IMG/VR virus record: IMGVR_UViG_3300046167_000888
From: a virus
Length of the DNA stretch: 64,000 bases
Direction: 5' to 3' (one strand)
A model generated the notes under the pieces. The model searched no databases, was not told where the DNA came from, and saw nothing but the letters and a program-made list of their open reading frames with translations. Shown here piece after piece: positions 1 through 10,418 of the stretch (its first letter is position 1; every line of letters starts with the position of its first letter). A program made the translations under genes and the position numbers.

Positions 1-1
1 T

Positions 2-308
2 GGGTGGGTAGGATTTTTTGACTCATTTAAAGATAGATTTGCTAGATATTTTAAAAACGAAGATAATAAAGTTTTTTATACTAGTGGAGGTGAATTAAAA
101 ATTAAAGATACTGATATTGAATATATTGGGATATTACCATGTACATCCAACTAAAGGTGTAATAATGGAAGGAAGAGTGCATGTTGACACTCCTCATAAT
201 ATATTAGTGTTAATTGAAGAAGGAGATATTTTAACAAAACAAAAAATATCAACAGAAGGAGAAGTAGGTACTTCAAGAAGAAGAAATATACCCCGTGGCC
301 TATACTAA
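2..308 (+). CDS. 3' end of a conserved phage hypothetical protein (starts upstream of window; apparent 1-nt frameshift near 128-130)
   Basis: Frame 2 is open from base 2 (..YTSGGELKIKDTDIEYIG) and continues in the 117..308 frame (YYHVHPTKG..) after a GGG run. Confidence 0.5.
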
Positions 309-323
309 TTTAGGTCGTATATT
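294..323 (+). promoter_or_regulatory. Repeated promoter motif (T/A)GG-N16-TCGTATATT
   Basis: CGTGG..TCGTATATT upstream of family A polymerase. Confidence 0.7.
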
Positions 324-343
324 ATAGGGTAAAATGGTTATAA

Positions 344-1612
344 ATGTATTGGTTAGTAGAAGACGAGGAACAATTAGAGGTTTTAATAAATAGTGGTTAT
401 AAAGAAGCGTTCATTGAGGTAATACCTTATAATGATAAAATTCACCCGATTCTTAATAATATTTCACTAGTGTATATTCGCCCGATAAACGCAAGTAAAG
501 GATTTATTGTATGCGTTCATCATAGTGAATGTTTAAGTGTATTAAATACGCGTATAGACGCATTAATCTCAAAGTTTGACACGCTATATTGTAGAGATAA
601 AAAGGAATTATTACATTATTTTCCAAGCAAAGCTCTTTATGACATAAACTCAACATCTAATACGTATATACCAACTAGAACAACAACTCATGATTTTTAT
701 TACTACAAGTATCCTAAAGTAAAAGATATAAACTTAATTATTCCAGTAGTAAAACATTATGAATATTGTGAAAACTTATATAATGAATTAAAAGCAAATA
801 TTAACATTCCAAAAACTAAATATGATGAATTCTTTAACAATAAAGTATCCTTGGTGTTCAACTACATCGAGAGAAGTGGAATACGAATACACAAACCAAC
901 CTTCGAAGAATACTTCCATGAAATTGATGGTGAACGAGCATACACTCAATACAACCTTAGGACAACCACAACACGTCCATCAAACAAATTTAAAGGAGTA
1001 AATTATGCAGCACTTAATCAAAAAAACGGATGTAGAAAATCTTTTATTCCTCGTAATAGTAAATTTGTCGAGATGGATATTAGCGCTTTTCATCCTAGTT
1101 TGTCTTGTCGCCTCGTTGATTATAATTTCCCCACTAGTGATATTCACTCTCATTTACAACAGCTCTATGGAGTAAGTTATAAAGAGTCAAAAGAGCTGAC
1201 ATTTAAGCAACTATACGGAGGAGTATTCAAACAGTATGAACATCTGGAATTCTTTAAAAAAATTAGTATATACGTAAAAGAATTGTGGGAAAAATTTGAA
1301 AGCGAAGGTGAGATAACGTGTCCGATTTCTAATTATGTGTACAAAAAAGATAACTTGGAAAACATGAATCCGCAAAAGTTATTTAATTATTTGTTACAAA
1401 ACTTGGAAACGTCAATGAACGTTCGTATACTGTGGGACATCATACAGGTGTTGAGAGGTAAAAAAACAAAATTAATACTATACACATATGATAGTTTTAC
1501 TTTTGATTGGGATGAAGAAGAAACAGGAGTAATAGAAGATATAGAAAATATATTCAAAAAATATAAATTAAATATAAAAACAAAACAAGGTTATGATTAC
1601 GACTTTAAATAA
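344..1612 (+). CDS. Compact, divergent family A DNA polymerase
   Basis: TTTTRPSN (TGRLSS-like), motif A VEMDISAFHP, motif B KESKELTFKQLYG, NYLLQ, motif C LYTYDS. Confidence 0.75.
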   Translation: MYWLVEDEEQLEVLINSGYKEAFIEVIPYNDKIHPILNNISLVYIRPINASKGFIVCVHHSECLSVLNTRIDALISKFDTLYCRDKKELLHYFPSKALYDINSTSNTYIPTRTTTHDFYYYKYPKVKDINLIIPVVKHYEYCENLYNELKANINIPKTKYDEFFNNKVSLVFNYIERSGIRIHKPTFEEYFHEIDGERAYTQYNLRTTTTRPSNKFKGVNYAALNQKNGCRKSFIPRNSKFVEMDISAFHPSLSCRLVDYNFPTSDIHSHLQQLYGVSYKESKELTFKQLYGGVFKQYEHLEFFKKISIYVKELWEKFESEGEITCPISNYVYKKDNLENMNPQKLFNYLLQNLETSMNVRILWDIIQVLRGKKTKLILYTYDSFTFDWDEEETGVIEDIENIFKKYKLNIKTKQGYDYDFK

Positions 1613-2057
1613 GGAACCAAATACGTATAACATGAATTATGATGTTATCACATCGGTAAAAGAAATAGATTTGAACAATAAGTTATTTTGTACATTTACA
1701 ACCCTAGAAAATTTAGATGGTCTTCTAGAGGATATACAAAGCAAGTATACAATTATTTACAATAAAGTGTTTGTTTTAGAAATAGCAGAGACTAATGAAT
1801 ATGTTGTCACTTACAATGTAGAGCAAGGTAACGTACATTCAATACCAGAACATACAATTTTAGTACATAGAAAAAAGGAATCTAATACCTTATACACTAT
1901 TAATGCTCTTAATGAACTTATTAAGAAATTAAACGGTGGTGTTGTAGATACCAAATATCAGGTAGATTGGCAACACTATAGAAATTGTATTCTCTTGACT
2001 CAACATAATGAGTTAAAACAGCTAAATACAAAAATATTTAAAATAATTGAAATATAG
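1593..2057 (+). CDS. Conserved phage hypothetical protein (true start may be 1632 or later)
   Basis: Intact ORF between polymerase and SSB. Confidence 0.6.
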   Translation: MITTLNKEPNTYNMNYDVITSVKEIDLNNKLFCTFTTLENLDGLLEDIQSKYTIIYNKVFVLEIAETNEYVVTYNVEQGNVHSIPEHTILVHRKKESNTLYTINALNELIKKLNGGVVDTKYQVDWQHYRNCILLTQHNELKQLNTKIFKIIEI

Positions 2058-2087
2058 CGTGGCTCCCCAAATTGGGCTTCGTATATT
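2058..2087 (+). promoter_or_regulatory. Repeated promoter motif
   Basis: CGTGG..TCGTATATT upstream of SSB. Confidence 0.75.
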
Positions 2088-2124
2088 GGGATTACATTAA
2101 CAGTTTTAAAATAAAAGTTATCTT

Positions 2125-2944
2125 ATGGATTTAAATGCAATTAAACAGAAGTTGGATGGTCTCCAACAAAAAACACAGACCGGACCGAAGAAAGATTACA
2201 GTTTAATTTTCTGGAGACCTACAGTAGGTAAACAACAAATTAGGATTGTACCATCGAAATTCAATGAAAACAACCCATTTACAGAATTAAAATTCTATTA
2301 TGGTATTACTAACAAAGTGATGCTTTCACCCCTTAATTATGGTGAGAAAGATCCTATTGCTTTGTTTGCTTCAAAACTTAGAGAAGAATATACTAAAGAA
2401 AATTATGTTCTAGCTAAGAAATTAGACCCTAAAAACAGGATTTTTGTACCTGTAGTGGTTAGAGGAGAGGAGGACAAAGGTGTTCGACTATGGCAATTTG
2501 GTAAAACCGTATATGAAGAATTACTTTCATTAGCAGTAGATGAGGAAATTGGAGATTACACTGATATAGTTTCAGGTAGAGATCTTACAATTGAAACAGT
2601 AGGACCTGAATCAACAGGAACTCCTTACAACAAATCATCAGTTAGAGTTAGACTTAAATCTACTCCATTAAGTGAAGACGCTTCACAAGTAGAAAAAGTG
2701 GTGTAATGAACAGCCTGATCCTAACAATGAATTTAAGAAATTCACATTTGATGAAATGAAAGTTGCTCTAGAAAAATGGTTATCACCAGAAGGAGAAGAA
2801 GATGAAGTTGTAACAACAGCTCCAACTCCTAAGAGCAATTTTAGTTTAGATACATCAGCTCCAGCAGTTAAGAAAAGTAAAGACGATGCGTTCGATTCTA
2901 TTTTTGATAGTAACGAAGAAAAAGTTGATGATCTACCCTTCTAA
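2125..2944 (+). CDS. Single-stranded DNA-binding protein (T4 gp32-like); 1-nt frameshift in A-run at ~2693-2697
   Basis: FWRPTVGKQQIRIVP, VRLWQFGKTVY, GRDLTI motifs; removing one A joins ORFs 2125..2706 and 2756..2944; acidic tail DDLPF. Confidence 0.8.
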
Positions 2945-2946
2945 AT

Positions 2947-4020
2947 ATGGCAAAAAAAGTATCAAAGTCTCTCTCGGCAGCGGTGTCTGCCGAGATTAAG
3001 GCGAAATTTGACTTAAATAAATTTAAATCATCTAAAGGTTTAAATAAAAACGTTAAATTTAAGGACCAACAATGGATACCACTTTCAGAGGCGTTCCAAA
3101 AAGTATCAGGTGTACCTGGTATTCCTATGGGACACATTTCATTACTTAGAGGTCATTCTGACACAGGTAAAACAACTGCTTTACTTGAAGCAGCAGTATC
3201 AGCTCAAAATATGGGAATTTTACCTGTATTTATTATTACTGAGATGAAATGGAATTGGGAACATGCAGCTCAAATGGGGCTAGAAGTGAACCTAATTAAA
3301 GATGAAGATGGTGAAGTTATAGATTATGAAGGTAATTTTATCTATGTTGATAGAGAAACGTTACATACTATTGAAGACGTAGCAGCATTTATTATGGATC
3401 TACAGAATGAACAGAAAAAAGGTAATTTACCTTATGATTTAGCATTTTTCTGGGATTCAATTGGATCAATTCCTTGTGCAATGTCAGTTGAAAAACTGAA
3501 AAACAACAATGAATGGAATGCAGGAGCAATGTCAACTCAATTTGGTAATACAGTAAACCAAAGTATTGTAATGTCTCGTAAAGAATCATCACCGTATACT
3601 AATACATTAATAGCAGTTAATAAAGTTTGGACAGCAAAAGCAGAATCACCTATGGGTCAACCTAAAATGATGAACAAAGGTGGAATGGCTATGTGGTATG
3701 ATGCTACATTTGTAGTTACATTTGGTAATATTTCAAATGCTGGAACATCTAAAATTAAAGCAATTAAAGGTGGTATGCAAGTAGAATGGGGTAAAAGAAC
3801 AAATTTACAAATTGATAAAAACCATGTTAACGGTATGCAATCAAGAGGTAAAATTGTTATGACAAACCACGGCTTTATTCAAGACACTGACAAGGATAAG
3901 AATGCTTATAAAAAGGAGCATGCTGATGAATGGTCTAAAATCTTAGGAGGAGGACAATTCAAAATTGTAGAGGATGAAGAAGACGTAACACCTGTACTTT
4001 ACGATACACAGGACTTATAA
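2947..4020 (+). CDS. uvsX: RecA/UvsX-like recombinase
   Basis: GIPMGHISLLRGHSDTGKTT Walker A, FFWDSIGS Walker B, KGGMAMWY. Confidence 0.9.
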   Translation: MAKKVSKSLSAAVSAEIKAKFDLNKFKSSKGLNKNVKFKDQQWIPLSEAFQKVSGVPGIPMGHISLLRGHSDTGKTTALLEAAVSAQNMGILPVFIITEMKWNWEHAAQMGLEVNLIKDEDGEVIDYEGNFIYVDRETLHTIEDVAAFIMDLQNEQKKGNLPYDLAFFWDSIGSIPCAMSVEKLKNNNEWNAGAMSTQFGNTVNQSIVMSRKESSPYTNTLIAVNKVWTAKAESPMGQPKMMNKGGMAMWYDATFVVTFGNISNAGTSKIKAIKGGMQVEWGKRTNLQIDKNHVNGMQSRGKIVMTNHGFIQDTDKDKNAYKKEHADEWSKILGGGQFKIVEDEEDVTPVLYDTQDL

Positions 4021-4028
4021 ACTAAAAC

Positions 4029-5069
4029 ATGAAGCATAAAGAATTATTTAAGCTATTGGACGAAGTTCAAGAGCATGGGGAGGAACCTCAATTAAAAAGA
4101 CATGATAAAGTACTGATTTTAGATGGATTAAATCTATTTTTTAGAAACTTTGCAATGATGAATATGGTAAATCCTGACGGAGTTCATATTGGAGGATTAG
4201 GTGGTTTCTTTCGTTCTTTAGGCGCCATGATTAGACAAACAAATCCAACATCTGTTTATGTAGTATTCGACGGAGCAGGTTCAACAACTAACCGTAAGAA
4301 CCTGCTCTCCGAATACAAAGGAACAAGAAATTTACAACGAATTACAAATTGGGAAGCATTTGATAGTTTAGAAGATGAGCATGACTCAAAAGTAGACCAA
4401 ATAGTGCGTATAATCCAGTATTTAAAGCTATTACCTGTTAAAACCACTATATTGGATAAAGTAGAAGCGGACGACATTATAGCAGTGTTAGCTGAAAAAT
4501 TAGTTGAAAAACATAATTCAACTTGTTTTATTGTATCTAGTGATAAAGACTTTTTACAATTGGTAACTGATAAAATTATTTTATACAGACCAATGGAAAA
4601 GGAATATTATACACCTAAAGTAGTAGAAGAAAAATTAGGTTTATTACCTGAAAATTTTATTTTATATAAAACATTATTAGGTGACAATTCAGATAATATT
4701 CCAGGAATTAAAGGATTAGGTGCTAAAGGTATATTTAAAAAGTTTCCTGAATTAAAAACTAAAAGTTTAACTTTAGATGATATTTTTGAAATATCTACTA
4801 GGAAGTTTAAAGACCACGTTGTATATTCACGCATAATTCAGGATCAAGCCCGAATTGAAACAAGTTATAAAGTTATGGATTTAAGCATTCCAATGATTGA
4901 TGATAGAGGTAAGGCTCATATTGATGAATTAATTAATGAAGACATTCCAGAATTAAGATCTGATTTATTTATTCAACTTTATAATGAAGATAAATTAGGG
5001 GGAATGATTAGAAATTTAGAGAATTGGATTAGAGATATTTTTGAACAATTTAAAGGTTATAAAGATTAA
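4029..5069 (+). CDS. 5'-3' exonuclease / flap endonuclease (T4 RNase H / Pol I 5' nuclease family)
   Basis: LILDGLNLFFR, VFDG, EADDIIA, SSDKDFLQL, LLGDNSDNIPGIKGLG. Confidence 0.92.
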   Translation: MKHKELFKLLDEVQEHGEEPQLKRHDKVLILDGLNLFFRNFAMMNMVNPDGVHIGGLGGFFRSLGAMIRQTNPTSVYVVFDGAGSTTNRKNLLSEYKGTRNLQRITNWEAFDSLEDEHDSKVDQIVRIIQYLKLLPVKTTILDKVEADDIIAVLAEKLVEKHNSTCFIVSSDKDFLQLVTDKIILYRPMEKEYYTPKVVEEKLGLLPENFILYKTLLGDNSDNIPGIKGLGAKGIFKKFPELKTKSLTLDDIFEISTRKFKDHVVYSRIIQDQARIETSYKVMDLSIPMIDDRGKAHIDELINEDIPELRSDLFIQLYNEDKLGGMIRNLENWIRDIFEQFKGYKD

Positions 5070-6469
5070 TGACATTACAAACATTAAACCAATACGGAGC
5101 TGACTTTCAAATAAAAGTTTTATCATCACTATTAACCCATAAAGATTTTTTAGTTAATATACATGATATTATTAGTGATGAATATTTTGAAAACCCAGCA
5201 CATAAATGGGCTATTAAAGAAATACTTAGGTATTATGATAAGTATCATACAACACCTGAATTAGAAACATTAAAAATTGAACTACAAAAAGTTGATAATG
5301 ATGTTTTACAAATATCAATTAAAGAACAACTTAAAAAAGCATTTGTAGCTTCTGATGATGATTTACAATATGTACAAGAAGAATTTACTAATTTTTGTAA
5401 AAACCAACAATTAAAAAGAGCATTAATGACTTCTGTTGATATGTTAAAAGCAGGAGATTTTGAGTCAATTCGAATGTTAGTTGATAATGCTTTAAAAGCA
5501 GGTCAAGATAAAAATATAGGACATGAATATATTAAAGACATTGAAGAACGTTATAGAGAAAATTCAAGGGAAGTTGTACAAACACCTTGGACCCAAATTA
5601 ATGAAATACTACAAGGTGGATTGGGAAATGGAGATTTTGGTCTCATATTTGGTAATCCAGGAGGTGGTAAGTCTTGGAGCTTAGTTGCTTTAGGAGGGTA
5701 TGCAGTTAGAACAGGTAAAACTGTTCTTCATTATACACTTGAATTAGGAGAGGATTATGTTGGAAGAAGATATGATGCTTTTTTCTGTAATACTGATGTA
5801 AGTAAAATTGGTTTTTATAAAGATAAAGTAGAAGAAACTATACCTCAGTTGCCAGGTAAACTAATAATTAAAGAATATCCCACAGGTAGGGCAACAATCT
5901 CAACAATTGAAGCTCATATTGCGAAATGTACAACTATGGGAAATAAACCAGACTTAATAATCATTGATTATGTAGATCTTCTTTCAGGAAGACGTAAAAG
6001 TAGGGAGCGTAAGGACGAAATTGATGATATTTATACTAGCACAAAAGGTCTTGCAAAACAATTAGATATACCAATCTGGTCTGTTTCACAAGTAAACCGT
6101 GCAGGAGCACAAGACGACATAATTGAAGGAGACAAGGCAGCAGGGTCATATGATAAAATGATGATTTCTGATTTTGCAATGTCTTTATCAAGAAAAAAAG
6201 AAGATAAGCAGAGAGGAACCGGACGTCTACATATTATGAAAAATAGATATGGTATGGATGGTCAATCCTTTTCTTTGTTAGCTAACACATCTACAGGACA
6301 CTTCGAAGTATTTCCTTACAATACTGACCTAGATGATGTAGAAGCAGCCTCTCTTAAACCTTCAGCTAAGTCTAATGCTTATGATACGGATGTGGACAGA
6401 AGAGAGAAGGCAGCAATGTTTGCAAAATTAAAAACGTCAGATGGCAATTTTACTTTTGAGCAGAAATAA
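5069..6469 (+). CDS. dnaB: Replicative DnaB/gp41-like helicase
   Basis: GNPGGGKS Walker A, IIIDYVDLL, SQVNR, MKNRYG. Confidence 0.9.
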   Translation: MTLQTLNQYGADFQIKVLSSLLTHKDFLVNIHDIISDEYFENPAHKWAIKEILRYYDKYHTTPELETLKIELQKVDNDVLQISIKEQLKKAFVASDDDLQYVQEEFTNFCKNQQLKRALMTSVDMLKAGDFESIRMLVDNALKAGQDKNIGHEYIKDIEERYRENSREVVQTPWTQINEILQGGLGNGDFGLIFGNPGGGKSWSLVALGGYAVRTGKTVLHYTLELGEDYVGRRYDAFFCNTDVSKIGFYKDKVEETIPQLPGKLIIKEYPTGRATISTIEAHIAKCTTMGNKPDLIIIDYVDLLSGRRKSRERKDEIDDIYTSTKGLAKQLDIPIWSVSQVNRAGAQDDIIEGDKAAGSYDKMMISDFAMSLSRKKEDKQRGTGRLHIMKNRYGMDGQSFSLLANTSTGHFEVFPYNTDLDDVEAASLKPSAKSNAYDTDVDRREKAAMFAKLKTSDGNFTFEQK

Positions 6470-6493
6470 TTATAACTTTATAAAATAAATACA

Positions 6494-7480
6494 ATGGCAA
6501 AAAAATCATTATTACAAGAGCGTATCGTTTATAAACCATTCGAATACCCAGAAGCACACGATTATTGGATGAAACAACAACAAGCACATTGGCTACACAC
6601 TGAAGTACCTATGATGTCAGATGTTAACGATTGGAAACAAAATTTAACTGAAGTTGAAAAAAATATTATTGGTTCTATTTTAAAAGGGTTTGCTCAAACA
6701 GAAACTGTAGTAAATGATTATTGGTCATCATTAGTAACAAAATGGTTTAGAAAACCAGAAGTAATTAAAATGGCAGTTACATTTGGAGCATTTGAAACTA
6801 TTCACGCTGAAGCTTATTCTTTGTTAAATGAAGAATTAGGATTAGATGATTTTAGTGAATTTTTAGAAGATGAATCAACAATGGCTAAAATTGAAGCATT
6901 AACTGAAGTAAGAGATTCTCATGATGGAACACCTAATTGGCATGAAAGAGCTAAATCATTAGCAATCTTTTCTGCATTTACAGAAGGTGTAAATTTATTT
7001 TCTTCTTTTGCAGTATTACTTTCTTTTAAATTAGATAATAAACTTAAAGGAGTAGGACAAATTGTAGAATGGAGTATTAGAGATGAATCATTACATTCAG
7101 AAGCAGGATGTTGGTTATTTAGAACACTATTAAAAGAACACCCAGAATTTGATACCCCAGAATTAAAAGCTGATATTGAAGAGGCAGCTAAATTATCTTT
7201 AAAATTAGAATTAGATTTTATTGATACAGTTTATGAAATGGGAGATTTAAAAGGGTGTCCAAAATATGATTTAGTATCATTTATCAAACATAGAGTAAAT
7301 ACTAAAATGGGTGATCTAGGATATGGACCAATTGTAAATGGTATAGATAAAGAGGCAGTACAAAGAATGAAATGGTTTGATAGCTTATCAGCTGGAAAAC
7401 AACATACAGACTTTTTTGCAAATAGAGTAACAAATTATTCAAAAGGTGTTCAAAATTGGGACGCCGCAGCATTATTTTAA
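6494..7480 (+). CDS. nrdB: Ribonucleotide reductase class Ia beta subunit
   Basis: ETIHAEAYS, EGVNLFSSF, DESLH di-iron motifs, DFFANRVTNY tail. Confidence 0.95.
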   Translation: MAKKSLLQERIVYKPFEYPEAHDYWMKQQQAHWLHTEVPMMSDVNDWKQNLTEVEKNIIGSILKGFAQTETVVNDYWSSLVTKWFRKPEVIKMAVTFGAFETIHAEAYSLLNEELGLDDFSEFLEDESTMAKIEALTEVRDSHDGTPNWHERAKSLAIFSAFTEGVNLFSSFAVLLSFKLDNKLKGVGQIVEWSIRDESLHSEAGCWLFRTLLKEHPEFDTPELKADIEEAAKLSLKLELDFIDTVYEMGDLKGCPKYDLVSFIKHRVNTKMGDLGYGPIVNGIDKEAVQRMKWFDSLSAGKQHTDFFANRVTNYSKGVQNWDAAALF

Positions 7481-7483
7481 AAT

Positions 7484-9199
7484 ATGGAAAACAACGCACT
7501 ACAAGTAGATTATAGTAACTGGGAATCAGGTAAACAATATCCTGAGTGGATGGATGAAATTTCTTTAGCTACTATTTCAAAGGGATACTTACTCCCAGGT
7601 GAAACAGTAAGAACAGCATATAAAAGAGTAGCAAACGCCGCTGCTTCAAGATTAAAAAAACCAGAATTAGCTAATAAGTTTTTTAAACTATTTTGGAATG
7701 GTTGGGTAGGATTAGCATCACCTGTTTTATCAAATATGGGAACAGATCGTGGACTACCAATTTCATGTTTTGGTATTGATACACCAGATTCTATACGTGG
7801 AATCGGTTTAACTAACGCAGAACTAATGAAATTAACCGCATCTGGCGGAGGTGTAGGTATTTCATTATCTCGTATTAGAAAACGTGGAGAATATATCTCA
7901 GGTAATGGTAAGAGTGAAGGTGTAGTGCCTTGGGCTAAAATTTATGATTCAGCGATTATTGCTACAAATCAAGGAAATGTACGTAGAGGAGCAGCTTCTG
8001 TTAATTTAGATATTAATCATGGAGATATAGACGAGTTTCTACAAATTCGTAGACCGAAGGGTGATCCAAATAGACAGTGTTTAAATTTACACCAATGTGT
8101 AGTTGTAGATGATACTTTTATGCGTAGGTTAGAAGCAAGAGATCCTGATGCATTAAATAGATGGGCTACTATTCTAAAAGCTAGAATGGAAACAGGTGAA
8201 CCTTATATCATGTATAAAGATAATGTTAATAAAGATAATCCTATTGCCTATAGATTAAATAATTTAGAAGTAACAATGACTAATATATGTTCAGAAATTA
8301 CTTTATTTACAGATGAAGAACATAGTTTTATTTGTTGTTTATCTTCTATGAACTTAGCAAAATATGATGAATGGAAAGATACAGATGCGGTTGAGTTAGC
8401 AACTTGGTTCTTAGATGGTGTAATGCAAGAATTTATTGATAAATCCTCTGGTAGAGAATCATTAAAAAGAACTAATAATCATGCTAGAAAAGGTAGAGCA
8501 TTAGGTTTAGGTGTAATGGGATGGCACACTTTCTTACAACAAAAGGGATTACCATTTAATTCAATTGCTTCTACAGCCCATACTCATAATATTTTTAATG
8601 ATATTAGAGGTAAAGCTGAAAAAGCATCTATGAATCTAGCATCTGAATATGGAGAACCAGTTTGGTGTAGAGGAACAGGAATGAGAAATACTCACTTACT
8701 AGCTATTGCACCTACAGTTTCTAATTCAGTAATAGTAGGAGGTATTAGTGCGGGTATTGAACCTCAACCAGCTAACATTTATACTTTTAATGGTGCTAAA
8801 GGTACTTTTATTAGAAAAAATAAAGTATTACAATCTATTTTAGCTGAAAAGGGAGAAGATAAAGACAAATGGTGGGATCAAATGTTACAAGATGGAGGAT
8901 CAGCTCAAAACCTACCTGATAATGTATTAACACCAGATGAAAAAGAATTATTTTTAACTTTCCCAGAAATAAATCAATTAGAATTAGTAAGACAAGCTGC
9001 TATTAGACAAACATATGTGGATCAAACACAATCATTGAATTTAAGTTTTGATCCTAATGATTCACCAAAATGGATAAATCAAGTACATATGGAAGCATGG
9101 AAATTAGGAATTAAAACCTTATATTACCTACGAACTGACTCAGTAATTAAAGGTGATTTAGGATCTAGAATGGCAGATTGTATTAGCTGTGATGGATAA
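7484..9199 (+). CDS. nrdA: Ribonucleotide reductase class Ia alpha subunit (short, no ATP cone)
   Basis: ISCFG, TNICSEI, AIAPTVSNS, KTLYYLR, C-terminal CISCDG. Confidence 0.95.
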   Translation: MENNALQVDYSNWESGKQYPEWMDEISLATISKGYLLPGETVRTAYKRVANAAASRLKKPELANKFFKLFWNGWVGLASPVLSNMGTDRGLPISCFGIDTPDSIRGIGLTNAELMKLTASGGGVGISLSRIRKRGEYISGNGKSEGVVPWAKIYDSAIIATNQGNVRRGAASVNLDINHGDIDEFLQIRRPKGDPNRQCLNLHQCVVVDDTFMRRLEARDPDALNRWATILKARMETGEPYIMYKDNVNKDNPIAYRLNNLEVTMTNICSEITLFTDEEHSFICCLSSMNLAKYDEWKDTDAVELATWFLDGVMQEFIDKSSGRESLKRTNNHARKGRALGLGVMGWHTFLQQKGLPFNSIASTAHTHNIFNDIRGKAEKASMNLASEYGEPVWCRGTGMRNTHLLAIAPTVSNSVIVGGISAGIEPQPANIYTFNGAKGTFIRKNKVLQSILAEKGEDKDKWWDQMLQDGGSAQNLPDNVLTPDEKELFLTFPEINQLELVRQAAIRQTYVDQTQSLNLSFDPNDSPKWINQVHMEAWKLGIKTLYYLRTDSVIKGDLGSRMADCISCDG

Positions 9200-9204
9200 A
9201 CAAT

Positions 9205-10383
9205 ATGAAAACCAGAATATTTTGTTTTTTTCTTTTAATTAGTGGGTTTGTAAATGCACAAACTACTGTAAACATAAGGTCACTTAAGACTCATTATGGT
9301 GGTAGTCAATCAGGTCAGTATTATACAGGTAATGCTAACTCTCACTCAGAATTTGACGCTATGGTTAATCTTGCCGATGGCGGTACTACACTCTATACAG
9401 AAGGAACTGTAGATATAACAAGTTATCAAGGCCCAAGAGGTGGTAATCATACTCCTTATCAACTATGGAATCCACCAAGATGGGGTACTCAAAGATATGC
9501 AATTATCTATTCTGGTTGGTTTAAACCCAATAAATCAGGCGTATATTCATTTAGAACATTTACTGATGACTCACATGAGTTTATGATTAAAGGTATTGGT
9601 AAGACTAATGATATAGTTACTAAACATTATGGTTGGAATGTATGGGCTTATGGTACGGCAACCCTAGATAAAAATACATGGTATGAGTTTGAATATAGAA
9701 TTCAAAATTTTGGTGGTATAGGTGCTGCAAATTTCCAATATAAAATACCGAATGGTAGTAGCTATAATCAACTCAGTCCCGGTCATCCATTTGCAGAATG
9801 GTCTACTACTGAACCTATTGACCCTATAACTCATACTGGATATGTTTATGGAGCAGAAGAAGAAGCTTTAGCCGGAGTTACAGTACAGTTAAAAACTCAA
9901 AATAAAAATCAAGTTGGTTTCTCATATACAACACAAGCTACTACAACCACAAATTCAAATGGTTATTACTCCTTTAACACTACTTTAGATTATAATAGCT
10001 ATGACTATACTATTAATATAGTACAACCGGCATTATCAATACCTACTCTAAATGATATTAGTTACTTTACTAGTAAATTAATTAGTGGGGTTTATAATTC
10101 TAAAGATTATTGGAGAATGGATGTTAATAATGACGGGAAATTTAGTGTTGCAGATTTATATTCTATGTTAGCTTATATGAATGGTATATTTACACAATAT
10201 GCTAATACTACTCCTTCAACAAAAGTTTTTCATTACCAACAAACCCCATTTTATTGGGATCCTTTAGATACAGATACTGATGACAAATCTGAAAGCTTTG
10301 GATATGGGAGTTATAGTTTATTTGATCGAAATAACGGCGATTCTACTATATTTTACTTAATAAGAGCGGGACATAGGAATTAG
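9205..10383 (+). CDS. Secreted protein: PA14-like carbohydrate-binding domain + beta-sandwich + dockerin-like domain
   Basis: Signal peptide ending VNA|Q; YAIIYSGWFKPNKSGVYSFRTFTDD (PA14); GVTVQL..TTTNSNGYYSF; DVNNDGKFSVADL Ca-binding loop. Confidence 0.7.
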   Translation: MKTRIFCFFLLISGFVNAQTTVNIRSLKTHYGGSQSGQYYTGNANSHSEFDAMVNLADGGTTLYTEGTVDITSYQGPRGGNHTPYQLWNPPRWGTQRYAIIYSGWFKPNKSGVYSFRTFTDDSHEFMIKGIGKTNDIVTKHYGWNVWAYGTATLDKNTWYEFEYRIQNFGGIGAANFQYKIPNGSSYNQLSPGHPFAEWSTTEPIDPITHTGYVYGAEEEALAGVTVQLKTQNKNQVGFSYTTQATTTTNSNGYYSFNTTLDYNSYDYTINIVQPALSIPTLNDISYFTSKLISGVYNSKDYWRMDVNNDGKFSVADLYSMLAYMNGIFTQYANTTPSTKVFHYQQTPFYWDPLDTDTDDKSESFGYGSYSLFDRNNGDSTIFYLIRAGHRN

Positions 10384-10418
10384 TCCCACATATTTATAAT
10401 AATAAAATATTTAAACGG

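Noticed and set aside
2690-2760. Programmed frameshift or split SSB
   Set aside because: One extra A in a homopolymer restores a normal gp32-like protein. Similar single-base indels occur near 129, 25747, 44290, 55720, 61659 and in groEL, pointing to sequencing error.
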